Both the position numbers and the translations under genes were made by a program. A DNA stretch of 64,000 nucleotides. It comes from Zootoca vivipara. Taxonomy: Eukaryota. The notes under the pieces were generated by a model, which saw only the letters and a program-made list of their open reading frames with translations, was not told where the DNA came from and did not search any database. Positions 26,656 through 38,643 of this stretch are shown here, one piece after another (the stretch's first letter is position 1; the number at the start of each line of letters is the position of its first letter). The DNA is taken from assembly GCF_963506605.1 (NCBI RefSeq), contig NC_083283.1, positions 78,430,001 to 78,494,000 on the forward strand. Direction: 5' to 3'.

Positions 26656-26890
26656 TACCTTTATTTACAAAGAGGTTTCCATGTATTTAACAGCTGAGTA
26701 GCTACAAGAAACCCAACAGCTGACATTTTAATTCATTGTATCTCCAAATTGGGAAAAGCTACATTTTATGAATTTTTGCATGCTGCTCATTTGTTAAAGG
26801 CATAGAAATACTGACAGTGTGGGGAGTAACAGCTACTCTGGCACACACCTAAGAATTGTCTTCCTGATTAAGTCCAAGGTCTGTCTAGCC

Positions 26891-27026
26891 CAGGCATCCC
26901 GAGACTTTGGCCCTCCAGATGTTTTGGACTACAGTTCCCATCTTCCCTGACCACTGGTCCTGTTAGCTAGGGATCATGGGAGATGTAGGCCAAAACATCT
27001 GGAGGGCCGCAGTTTGGGCAAGCCTG
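26891..27026. mobile_element. hAT MITE (palindromic)
   Basis: caggc...gcctg ends; 8-bp TSD gtctagcc (26883-26890, 27027-27034). Confidence 0.88.
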
Positions 27027-28260
27027 GTCTAGCCCAACATTCCAATTAACTGTGGTCAGCCAAATATTTTGGAAGTGCAAGGTTTCACAAGCAGAGCATG
27101 AAGGCAATGACCATGCAGTGTCTAAAACTTTTAAACAAATCTTACTATTTAGAACTGTGACAGTATGGCACTATTCCTCATGTCAGTAGGCAAGGAGTTC
27201 TGAAGTGGGTGATGCAACACTAAAAGATCAGTTTTTTGTTTGTTTTTACAAATGCAATACAAGTATTATGTGAGACCTGTAGCAATGACAGTTTCGCAGA
27301 TCAAAGCAGCTGACAGGGCATATATGGGATAAGGGCATCTCACAGATAAACAGGCCCCAAGCCAATTTGTTTTCATTTTTTGGTTGCCAAAATAGGTGCA
27401 TAATGGGTGCAAATCGAGAGTTATAACCGGGCTAGAATTTCAAGAACTGACTGTATATTTATTAAGTACCCTGTACAGAAGCCAGTACAGAATACCTCCA
27501 CTATGAGGGCGGTCTGACAGGTTTGGAAAAGGTGGAAGGAACAGCTGGTGCTTAACATTTTCCCTCTGTAGGTCTACTCAAAACTGCTGCCACTTCTGTT
27601 TGGTAACAGGGTCATTTTCTCAACTAACTCTCCAGTCTTCACTTCATAGCTGTAGTAGCACATAGTGCGGATGAATTCTTAAAGGGGCCTCTGTTCTTTA
27701 CAGAAATTTCTCCACCCTGACCCACTTTCATTGCACAACTGAAAGTGAAAGGGACTATTCTATATTATGATCAGCTTGCAACACTTTACTCATTTTTTTT
27801 TACTGTTTAAAAGGTTTTAAAGCCTTTTGCTAGCTTTTTACAAGTCCTACTTGAGCAGGTTAGCAAAGGACTTTAAAGGCAAGCAAAGTACCTCAGCTGA
27901 GACAACCACCTTGTTATAAGATATGCCACCCATCACCACAATCGCTCCTGACAAATTTATCTTAGGTTTCTCTCAATTCTCTCCCCCTCCACACCATTTC
28001 CCCTTCTTTTATTTCCTCCTTTCTCAACATTGCAGCACACTGTTTACATGTCTACTCAGAAGTAACTTCCATTAAGTTTAGTGGAGTTCCAGCTAGGCCA
28101 TATTCTGAACATGTCTAAAAGCCCCAAGTCTTGATTTTAAACTGCAAAGAGAGTGTGTGCTCCAAAAGCTTAGAAGCACTAGCACACTGAGGATGAAGAG
28201 AAAACATGAGATGTGATTAGTATACTGAGGCAATGTTAAGAGTAGACTTGACTTCCCTGG

Positions 28261-28610
28261 CGACCCAGGTGGCGCTGTGGTTAAACCACTGAGCCTAGGG
28301 CTTGCTGATCAGAAGGTCGGCGGTTCGAATCCCTGTGACGGGGTGAGCTCCCGTTGCTTGGTCCCAGCTCCTGCCAACCTAGCAGTTCGAAAGCACATCA
28401 AAATGCAAGTAGATAAATAGGAACCACTACAGCGGGAAGGTAAACGGCGTTTCCATGTGCTGCTCTGGTTTGCCAGAAGCGGCTTTGTCATGCTGGTCAC
28501 ATGACCTGGAAGCTATACGCCGGCTCCCTCGGCCAATAATGCGAGATGAGCGCGCAACCCCAGAGTCGGCCACGACTGGACCTAATGGTCAGGGGTCCCT
28601 TTACCTTTAC
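28261..28610 (+). mobile_element. Sauria SINE, full length
   Basis: A/B-box head ggtggcgctgtgg...ggttcgaatccc; (ACCTTT)n tail; 14-bp TSD cttgacttccctgg (28247-28260, 28611-28624). Confidence 0.95.
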
Positions 28611-30212
28611 CTTGACTTCCCTGGAGACATTCCAAAACACAACCCAGCCCCATATTCTGTAATCCCGCCTTTCATTTCCTTTCCTCAGAAGACAAGTGTC
28701 TGGGAAGAGGAGGGTATTGGCTGTTGGAAAAAGAGCTCCAAGAAGATTGTCAGGCCCTTGATCTTGCAGCTGACCAATAGGAAGTGGAATGCTGACTGTG
28801 ATGAGGTAGTACCAGCTGTAAGTCGTTGAATTGGCTTTTGGGATATCAGATAGGGAGTACGAAGATGTGGGAAGTGTTACAATACAAAAAATAAATATCA
28901 GTTACAGAATTAAGAGCTAGGGTGGGGAGAGAAAGAATTATCTTTCCCACAATAGTAAAGAAAAATTTCTTCTGTGCTTTTTCTTCTCTATGGAATTAAA
29001 AGAGTCTATTGTAAAGACAAATCCTAAAAACAAAGACCTTCTGTATGGATTATTTTTTTAAAAAAATTTTTTTAACTGTCTCCAAAGCTTGAATTATTAC
29101 CATGTGATACTGCAGAGGGATACTGCCCTGGGATAATAGACATTTATTTTAAGATACAGTAAAAAGTATGTATCATAAACTGAGTCCTTTAGCAACCTAT
29201 TCCAGAGCTACTCCCACCAAATTATGTTCTATCAGAAGCTAATTAAATAATCAAGAAAACAAACATTCAGAATGTTTAACTAGACAAGAAGTTGAGCTAT
29301 ATATATGTTTAGAATGGGCTGAAAATACATGATCAGAAAACTCAAAGTGCTTGATCTCTTGATTACCACTGGAGTTTATTTCACATCAACAATATGATCA
29401 CTCAATTGGACAGTGCTGAAAAGAAAACCTTTCCACACCATTGAGCTTATACCTTTGTCCAAAGGTCTTCACTGAAATCACAAACAATTTAATTAACAAC
29501 TCTAATCAAAGCTGGTTATTCTTCCCAGATTTCACTACAATAAAATACTGCAATCAATTTCTGCTCCTGGTAAGCCTGTTGAGGTTTGCCTCTCTGAGTC
29601 AATAAAAATTGAATGAACTCAGGACCAGTTTAAAAGTTTTCATTGCTAACAAAGTTATTTTTTAATTTAAAAAAATCAATTTAAAACGATAAACAAACCT
29701 CAACTTATATAACCAAACCAAAATTATTATCTAGGCAGACACTGTAAATATCCTGCACACAGATCAAAATGCCCATCTTTTTCAAAAATATATTTTCTAG
29801 AATTTATTTGTACACAGAAATTGAAGAGCTTGCTTTTCTTCTTAGTCAAGGTACACTTGAAAAGGGTTTACTGAAAGGGTTTAGCATGTTTCCTTATAAG
29901 ATCACAGAAATACAAAGGAATAATCTCATTTCTACATGATCTAAAATATCAATGGGGCCCAATTAGGTCTCTTCTGCTTTTCAAGTTCCATAATCTTTTA
30001 AAAAGAAGATATGTACAGTTGTAGCAACACAGAGAATCCTGGACACCACAAACAGCTCTTAAAACAAGGAACAAGTAAACTTGCATGGAACTGAATTGCT
30101 GTGGTATAGGCATGGAGAAGGCTAGGAGAAACAGCCCTTGAACAGCCAAAGTGTCAGCTCCAGCAAAACCAGGGGTCTTAATCTTAATTCCATGCACTCC
30201 GATTTGTATCTT

Positions 30213-30287
30213 GTGTTTCCTGCTTGGCAGGGGGTTGGACTGGATGGCCCTTGTGGTCTCTTCCAACTCTATGATTCTATGATTCTA
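30213..30287 (+). mobile_element. Extremely 5'-truncated CR1 (3' terminal ~75 bp)
   Basis: ...ttccaactctatgattctatgattcta tail; 8-bp TSD tgtatctt (30205-30212, 30288-30295). Confidence 0.85.
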
Positions 30288-32740
30288 TGTATCTTCAGGA
30301 GCACTTGATCAGACCACTTGAAAAGGGAAAAAAGTTTGTTATCAAGGCTGCCAAACTGAGCAATGGGAAATTACCGCAGTCCCTGCACTCAGCCTCCTCC
30401 TGCAAGAGGTGAGAAGTGAGTCTAAAGGCAAGCAAAGAGGGCTAAGGCAGGAGTATTGGGGGCATGAAAGGACAAAGAGGTCTACACAAGTTGTCAGACT
30501 GGAGTAGTAGTAGCTCAAGGTGAGCAGCTGGAACTCATGAGGGGAGTTACAAAATATAAGAAACTGGAAAGTAGTAAAAAGCAGATTGTGTGGTGCCACT
30601 TACTCTTAAGAAGACATGGTTCTTGAGAAATGGAGGGAGAAGAAGGACAAAGCACCAGAACTCTTTCCTCCTCAAAAGAAGTTGTAAGCAAGTATAAAGT
30701 AATACACATTGGGCTAAAAATAAATTCAGTGAAGAAAAGGAAGTATTTCTTCACACAACACATAACCAATTAATGCAATCTGCTGCAACAAGATGTCATA
30801 GTAACCACTGGCTTAGGCGGATTTAAAAGTAGTTCCTCATATTCCTAGTTTAGTAGTCTATGAAAGACCACCTGCAGTTCAGAGGCATCAGGTCTCCAAA
30901 AACAAGTTGCTGAGGGGCAAAACATGAAGGCAGACTGGTGCCTGCCTTCGTGCACAACCTATGGGATTCTCAGAAGCATCTAGCTGGCCATTGTTGGAAA
31001 CAAAATGCTAAATTAGAAGTGCCACTGGTCTGATGTAGCAAGTATATTCTTACATTGAAATCTAATCTATGGCATATCCTGAGCTCAGAGACAGGCAACA
31101 ACCCTTAAAAAAACTGAACAGTATTTCAAATTATTTACTGACTAATACAGGACAGTCACACTAGCTGTATCTTCACAACTCACATGCAACCACAAACACA
31201 CACAAGACACGCTCATCCCAATATATCCAACACTACTCCCAGACTGCAGGGAGATTTGTGGCTAGTCAGTAAGCAAAGACAGGTTCCTCACCATTGCCTG
31301 TCAATTCCCACTTGCTCCTATAATGCAAGGGTGGGATTTTCCAGTACAGTACTGTCTACAAGAACTCCACAACATTTTTCTTGTGTGATTACATGCCAAT
31401 ACTGCACATGTATTGGGTTTATGTAAATACACATAACCAATTGAACTATAATGATAGTGGCAGAAATCCAGCAGAGTTTGAATGAAATCAGTGGGCTTCT
31501 GTGCTGGATTTAGGGTAATATTTACAGGTATTTATTTATTAGATTTATATACTACCATTCCTCCCAAAGATGACACATTTCTGTGAGTAAAAGCACAATT
31601 AAAAATAAAATAAAAACCTATTTAGAACATTGAAAAACTGTTTAAAAAACCTAAAAACAATAAAACATCTAAAACTAATTTAAGAACTGATGACCTTAAT
31701 TACCACCAACCATGTACATATATTTCCTTGTTTCTCAGTCACTGAAATAGCACCCTTCCTTGGTTCTGATGTAATGGGTTGGTTTATACCAACAATTGCA
31801 TATTTGTATTATTTATTTTTTCCAGATCTCAATTCTGGGGTTTTCTCTTTCCTTTCAGTATTTAGCATATAGAATTATAACTGCCATTATCATATAACAT
31901 CCCCCAATACAGATGAAAAGTAATGCCTATTTCTCTTCAACATTTCAGCACAGAAGCTTGCAAATGCAGGGCTGATTTCCCCTCTCCCTGCCTGCCTTGC
32001 ATGTTGCACTTTTTACAATAATGGGATGGGAGCACTCCAACAACTTCTAAAACCCATCACAAAATCTGAGTTGGCCTTCTACATATGAACAAGGCTCAAA
32101 TTAATACGATTAATTAATAAAACAAACATTCCGAAGATGAGAAGGGACTGTTTCTCACTTTCTATCCAACCTTTTTCTTTTTCTTAGGTTTACTGAAGTG
32201 TTTATTTCTACCTCCACTCCACTCCAGTACTTTCAGGAGTCTCTAAACCTGTAGGTCTGATCCTCCTGCTTTGTATATTTCGTATAATCCTGAGAACATA
32301 TTCAGATTACAAATATTCTAAACTCCCCCCCCAAAAAAAACAAAATCAAAAACAGAATAGTCCTGATATAAACCAAGCAAAAGCCACAAGTGTGAGAACA
32401 GTTCAAAAATGACCTCTATGTGTATTTCACAATCAGGTGATGCCTTTATTAGGGCCAACAAAAATGTCATAAAATAGTATCTTTATATCACTGTACTTGA
32501 AATTTTCATCTATAAATTTTAATTGCAGCACTTCACTGCTAGCTAACTAAGTTCTGATAGTGTAGAACAGAAAAAAGAATGAGCCTAGAACCCACAGGGA
32601 GATAGGAACTCTTGCAGGTAGGAAACACAAAAGAAAAAGGAACAAAGACAAGGGGAAAGATAAACAGAGAAAAGGAAGGAAGAGATATAAAAGACACAAG
32701 TAGCAGTGACCTAAACAGAATCTGAGTGAGAATACGGAAA

Positions 32741-33144
32741 AAACAACCAACCACTGATTGTTATCATTGCAAAAAGATCAGACTCTCCCTGATCTGTGCA
32801 ATTTCCTGTTAACATTGGTGGCATTCTGCAATAGATTGAAAGCCAAACCAGACATGACACTAACATCTCCATTTGGTTAAACTCTGGACAATATTCAGAA
32901 CAAAAGGAGTGTGGGTTGAGGATGCTAAAATCTCCCTTCACCATGACTTTCTTTCTCACAATCTGTCTTCTCAGGGGCTTTTCTCCTCCAATACCAGAAG
33001 TAAGCACAAATACTGTAACAGGAATAGAATAAAAGGAAAGAGGCAGGCACTCAAGTTGACAAATCCCATCATACCCTGCCTCTTGTTAGCATGTTGGGAG
33101 AGTCTGATCTTTTTGCAATGATAACAATCAGTGGTTGGTTGTTT
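32741..33144. repeat. Perfect 49-bp inverted repeat with 306-bp spacer
   Basis: 32741-32789 is the exact reverse complement of 33096-33144. Confidence 0.93.
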
Positions 33145-33174
33145 ATTCAGTATTTTGCTGTTCTCTGGCTAGAC

Positions 33175-33310
33175 CAGGCATAGGCAAACTCTGCCCTCCA
33201 GATGTTTTGGGACTACAACTCCCATCATCCCTAGCTAACCGGACCAGTGGTCAGGGATGATGGGAGTTGTAGTCCAAAAACATCTGGAGGGTAGAGCTTG
33301 CCTGTGCCTG
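33175..33310. mobile_element. hAT MITE (palindromic)
   Basis: caggcataggcaaact / agcttgcctgtgcctg; 8-bp TSD ggctagac (33167-33174, 33311-33318). Confidence 0.9.
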
Positions 33311-33529
33311 GGCTAGACACTTCTATAAAGTTCCCTTTCAGCCCCTCTCTCTACCCATTTTTACAACTGTACTGTAATGCAAATAATAATTCATCATTAG
33401 ACAGATACCATCAACCATCATTACAACAGAGACAGCACAGTGGTGGCAGCAAAAAGACCAGAATGGGACCTGAGCAGAGTTGTGATTTTCAGCAACTGGT
33501 ATTCAGTCTCTGACACTGAAGTTAGTACA

Positions 33530-34625
33530 CAGTCATTATGGCCAGTAGCAATCAATAGCCATATCCTCCATCAATATGCCAATCCCCTTTTAAAGACATC
33601 CAGGTTGGTAGTCATCATTACATTTTGTAGCAGCAAATTCCACTGCACTGTGTGAGGAAGTCCTCCCTTTTGCCTGTCCTAAACTTTCAACTTGAAGTGT
33701 CATTGGATGACCCTGGGTTCTAGAGTTATAAGAGAGGAAGAAAAACTACTCTTTCTCCACAAATCATGCATGATTGTATCCACCTCTGAAATGTCACTCA
33801 CCCTTTTTTTTTCTAAACAAAGAAATCACAAAATATTGTAATCTTTCCTCATAGGAAGTTGCTCTAGCCCTTTGATCATTTTCGTTACCCTTTTTCTGGA
33901 CTTTTTCTAGCGCAACAATTTATTTTATGAGTTGCAATTATAAGAACTGCAGACAGTATTTCAAGTGTAGTCTCACCATATATACCCATAATAACATTAT
34001 ATTTGTGGTTTTATTTTCAATCCTTTTCCTAATGATCCCCAGCATAGAATTACCGGTAACCTTTTCACAACTGTAGCACACTGGGTTAACATTAAGGTCC
34101 ATAAATAGTAACACCTTAGAGGTCCCGGGCCTGAAGGAAATCAGATTAGTCTCAACTAGAACCAGGGCCTTCTCAACATTGGCTCCGAACTGGTGGAACG
34201 CTCTGTCTCCTGAGACCACGGCCCTGCGGGACCTGATTTCTTTCCGCAGGGCCTATAAGACAGAGTTGTTCCGCCTGGCTTTTGGCCTGGAGCCAACCTA
34301 ATCCCCTCCCCCATTTTCCTTTTCCCTTTTCCTTCCGCATGAGGCTGCATTTTAATTTTAATGTTTCTTTAATTTTGTTCTTATGTTGTAATTCAATCAG
34401 CTGTTTTATATCCGGTGTTAGCCGCCCTGAGCCTGGCCTTGGCTGGGGAGGGCGGGGTATAAATAAAATTTATTATTATAAGTTATCCATCATGACCCTG
34501 AGGTCTTGTATCCTGGTCAGTCGCTGAAAGTTCAGACCCCACTAGCGTATTTGTTAAGTTAGGATTTTCTTCTCCAATGTGCATCCCTTCACACTTTCTT
34601 ACACTGAACTACATTTGTTACTTTA
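33530..34625 (-). mobile_element. Old CR1 LINE fragment interrupted by a younger L2
   Basis: NSMLGIIRKRIENKT...VRLHLKYCLQF in ORF 33938-34219; degraded CR1-like 3' region; boundaries approximate. Confidence 0.7.
34087..34479 (+). mobile_element. L2 LINE 3' end
   Basis: Homologous (reverse complement) to ~23497-23905; ends gccgccctgag...gggcggggtataaataaaattttattattat. Confidence 0.88.
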
Positions 34626-34839
34626 ATAACGCTACAAATTCCTTCAGTGTTTGTTCTTCACAATCCCTGACAGAGCTGCTGTAAGAATGCTTGAGATGAA
34701 TGTGAAATCCTTTGATATAAATACTTACAGTGTAACCTTCTACATGTTTCCTCAGGATTCCTCAGGTAAGCAGGCATAAGATTGCACCATATACTCTCCA
34801 GTTCCCTCAGGAACAGCAATGTCAGGTTTTTTTTTAATA

Positions 34840-35057
34840 CAGTGGTACCTTGGTTGTCGAACATAATCCGTTCCAGGTTTGATTCCCAGAACGATTCGAA
34901 AACCAAGGTGCGGCTTCCGATTGGCTGCAAGAGCTTCCTGCACTCTATCAGAAGCTGTGTCAAACGTTTGCAAATCAGAACACTCACTTCCAGGTTTGCA
35001 GGGTTCAGGAGTCGATTTGTTCAACAACAAAGGCGTTTGACTACCAAGGTACCACTG
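34840..35057. mobile_element. Tc1/mariner (Tigger-like) MITE
   Basis: TIR cagtggtaccttggt / accaaggtaccactg; TA TSD. Confidence 0.88.
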
Positions 35058-36444
35058 TACTTTGGGCGAGTGCAATCTGGACCCTTCTGGTGTACGCAAT
35101 ATTTACAAATATAGAAGCACAGCATATACTGGCAACACAGCACTCCAGAAAGACAGAAGAATCCCATCAGATCTTTATGAGTGATGCCCTGCATTCACAA
35201 TGTGTGCTCAGCAAACTCACATATCTCTTCTCCCTTTCCCAAACTACCAGCTGCTGTTTGTCACACCCATCTGCCCTCTCCCATCTGCTGGAGGATGTCA
35301 TTTTATCTAGGTTCCAAGATTATCTCCTTAAAACAGTCAGGAGAATTCTCCAGCTATCTCTTTATGTTAGGCTTACACTGAAGAATGATCAACCAACCAA
35401 ACTACAAAGGAATCAGCTGGCAAGCATACCAGAATTATTCACATATACTTCAAGTATGTGTAGTCGAAGTGCAAGCACCAGGGAGCTACTAATGCAATCT
35501 AATTCAATAGGATGAGTCATATGGTACAATAATTGCCTTCAGCAGATGCCATGCCCAGCTCCATCCCAATTTTTTGTGAACATATTGCTTTTCCACATTA
35601 CTTTCAGGCCAATTGTTCAAACTACTTCATATCCAATCCTATTGCTTTTATTTTTGTCTGTTCTCTCACTTTGTCCTTTTGGAGAAAGTTAGGTAAAAAA
35701 AAATTCTAGACTTGCATGGGTGTTTCTTTCAAACTTGTCCACTCTTCTCCTCTTTTCCCCTCAGCTTTTTTGCACCTTCAGTTCCTTTGTCTGCAGAACA
35801 CCTGTCATTCCTCTTCAGCCACACTAAGCATCAAACTTAAGCTGCATACACACTATACCTTTAAAGCGCAAGAATTATGGGCACTGCAGTCTGTTGAGGG
35901 TTGCTGGTCATTGTAACTCGGTGGAAGGTAAACTACAGTGCCCAGAATTCTTTTAGGAGGTAATGTGCTTCAAATGTGCTTTTAAAGTATAATGTGTATG
36001 CAGTCTCAGTCATTTGTTCAGGCTGGATTTAAGCATGCAGAAGGTATTGGCAATGAAATACTGGTAGAATGGACTGCACCACTTCACACTAAAACTGAGG
36101 AATTACATTTTAAAACTATATAGAAGAAAACTAGCACAGCACAGATGGAACTGGGCTAGAACCTTTCCCCCTGAAGTGCTAGTTTTCTACTTGCAATGAG
36201 TTATTTTTAAATACTGGGAATCGTTCAAAATTTATGAAGCGGCACACCCCTCAAGACCCTACCACCACATTCCACAACATATATACAGTTGTCTACATAA
36301 ATGATAGAATAGAATACATTCTACACAATACTACTTAAGACTGCAGGTGAGGGCCTATTTTGGAACATCCCCACAAGGTTTACCCCAGAAGGAAAAAGCT
36401 CCCAGAAGTAGCATATCAGTGAGAAACCTTTCTGCATTCAAGCA

Positions 36445-36810
36445 CCAGGCCCATTTGCAGACCAACTCTATGTTACAAAGATGCCTGCAAACATGACATG
36501 AAGGCTGGAAACATTAACCCCACCATGTGGGAATCCCTTGCAGATGACAGCAGTGCCTGCAGACAGTCAGGTCATGTTTCCAGAGCAGTGGCCAGAGGAG
36601 AAATGACCACTGGGAGGAGCGCAGAGAGAGGAAACACCATGGTGCACCTGCAGCAGCACAACCGGACGCCTTCATTTGTCCCAACTGAAACAAAACATGT
36701 CTCTCCCATATCTGTCTCTAGAGCCACAGCAGGTGCTGCAACTCTCCCAATGGTTTAGCTTCACCCCCAAAGGCGCACTGCACCTCCACTGACTCAGACA
36801 GACGGGTGCC
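36445..36810 (+). mobile_element. RTE-clade LINE 3' fragment (degraded)
   Basis: YKDACKHDMKAGNINPTMWESLADDSSA resembles the RTE C-terminal motif (RYKD.CKRD...WE.LA.DR..W). Confidence 0.7.
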
Positions 36811-37049
36811 ATATGTAAACATGTCTTTTACATATGGGAATATTCAAAAACACAGCACCTCTTTCCCACTGCAACCTGACATGGTGTACTCCAGAAACAT
36901 ACCGTTTTACCTTGCCTATACTGTACTCCTCTAACTTCTCCCCCCCCCCAAAAAATAACTTTGCTTTCTGCTTCCTAACCTTTCTCAACTGTTAACTGAT
37001 AGTGCTCCCTTAAGAAACATGCTTATGGAGGTGGAGCTATAAGAAACGG

Positions 37050-38310
37050 GGCTTCGCTTTCCAGAGAAAATGCACAATACCGTGGCTCGTTTTGACCAAA
37101 GCAAGCGCCGGAAACGCCCAGCTTGGCGAAGCTCCTCCTTGTTTCCATCCGCTGCCAGGAGAGGGAAAGGCCACCTGTGGGACCGGCGAGAGCAAACAAT
37201 GGGAGTTGCAAATCCCCACGACGGAACTTTCGCCAGGACAACCTGCCGGGGGGGGGGGGCTCGCAGGTTCCCCGGGGTATTATTATATGTTCGAGTTCTC
37301 CACAATTTACCTGCATGCACACGTGCTGGGAAATAATAATTTTTTTAAAAAATGAACAAAGCCAGGCTCCCCCCCTCCTCCCGCCCACAGTTCCTAGCTT
37401 CATTAACTACGAGCGACGAAGCTTTCGGTCCTTTCCAAAGTTTTGCAGCGCGAACCCCGCGTTTGGTAGCCTCCCCACCCCCAAAAGGAAATCATGGATA
37501 CACTAGATATGAGTTCGTAGTTGACACCCAGATTCCTCCAGTTCCTTCCGGGAGTGTGGGCGAAACCGAAGTTTGCCGCCTCTTCCCCTTAAACCCACCT
37601 GCGCCCACAGGAGGTTAAAAATGTCCTGAGGAGGGATGGAAGTGCCCCCTCCCCTGGACATACACACGACCCCACACACACTTCCATTCACCTCCTTGTA
37701 ACACGCATATGCCACCCACACGGGTGGGGTGGGGGACACAGCAATGAGAACCATACACACACAGCCCGACACCCACGCGCGACCACTCGCCTCGGCTCCC
37801 GGGCTCCACGCGGCCATTCTCGAGTGGCGCTTCTTGCGGCCGCCCAAGGGGCCCCCCGCCCGGCTCCTCCGCCGCGTGCTCCGGCTGCTGCCCCGCTTGG
37901 GCGCCGGGGCCCTCTTCACCGCCGCCGGGCGCCTCCACCGGCACCACCGTGAAGTTGGTGGGCATGGCAACTCGCTCTAGCCGAGGCTCCCCGGCCGGGT
38001 CCCGCCGTGCCGAGCCTCACACGGCCGCCGCCGCCGCCCTCCTTCCCCGCCCACCCGCGTTAGGAGCCGCTGCGGCGGGAAGAGTTTGTGGCTCTTTCCC
38101 CCACACCTCCGCCTCTCTTTCCTCGGCCGGCCCCCTCAAGCGCCGGCGCTGCCGTTGCGGCCGCAGGGAGCTCGGTAGCTGCCAGGCAGGAGCCGCGCCT
38201 CACGTGAGGGGAGCCTTTGCCTCAGAGGGGAAAGGCGGGAAGAAACTCGCTGCCTTCAGCGGCTCTTTGTTGAACGCGGCGTAGGCGAGGGGCAGATGGA
38301 GCCCAGGGCT
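37050..38310 (-). promoter_or_regulatory. SLC12A7: CpG island / TATA-less promoter and 5'UTR of SLC12A7
   Basis: Very GC- and CpG-rich tract (densest 37770-38290) around the ATG exon, with GC-box-like motifs and palindromic E-box CCTCACGTGAGG at 38198-38209. Boundaries approximate. Confidence 0.85.
37791..37965 (-). CDS. SLC12A7: First coding exon of solute carrier family 12 member 7 (K-Cl cotransporter KCC4); 58 codons + 1 nt (phase 1)
   Basis: Translation MPTNFTVVPVEAPGGGEEG... matches the diagnostic KCC4 N-terminus MPTNFTVVPVE. Kozak gccATG at 37965, inside a CpG island. Best donor is CCGAG|GCGAGT at 37791/37790, giving phase 1, as expected before the GDGNP exon. Downstream exons were not found in the window. 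Confidence 0.92.
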
Positions 38311-38317
38311 GCCCCAA

Positions 38318-38643
38318 CACACACACACACCCCTCCTCTTCAACACCCCTTTACTGGCACACACACCTCCTCTTCAACACCCCTTTACTGGCCCACAAAC
38401 AAAAACACACACCCCTTGGCTTGATTCAGCACACACACACAGAGCGCCCTTGAATTTATTCAACATCCCACCCCTTTATTTGATCCATCACCCCCTACAA
38501 ACACACACACACCCCTTGACTTGATTCAACACACACACACACACACACACACAGTCCTTGAGTTTATTCAACACCCCCTTTATTTGATTCAAAACACACA
38601 CACCCCTACAAACACACACATGCACACCTTGACTTGATTCAAC
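38318..38643. repeat. Degenerate CA-rich minisatellite upstream of the SLC12A7 CpG island
   Basis: Repeated acacacccct(t)...tt(g)attcaac units interleaved with (CA)n. Confidence 0.75.

Noticed and set aside
37615-37790. 3' extension of the 116-aa ORF 37615-37965
   Set aside because: KCC4 similarity and composition end at GSR; the rest is read-through into intron 1 past the GC donor.
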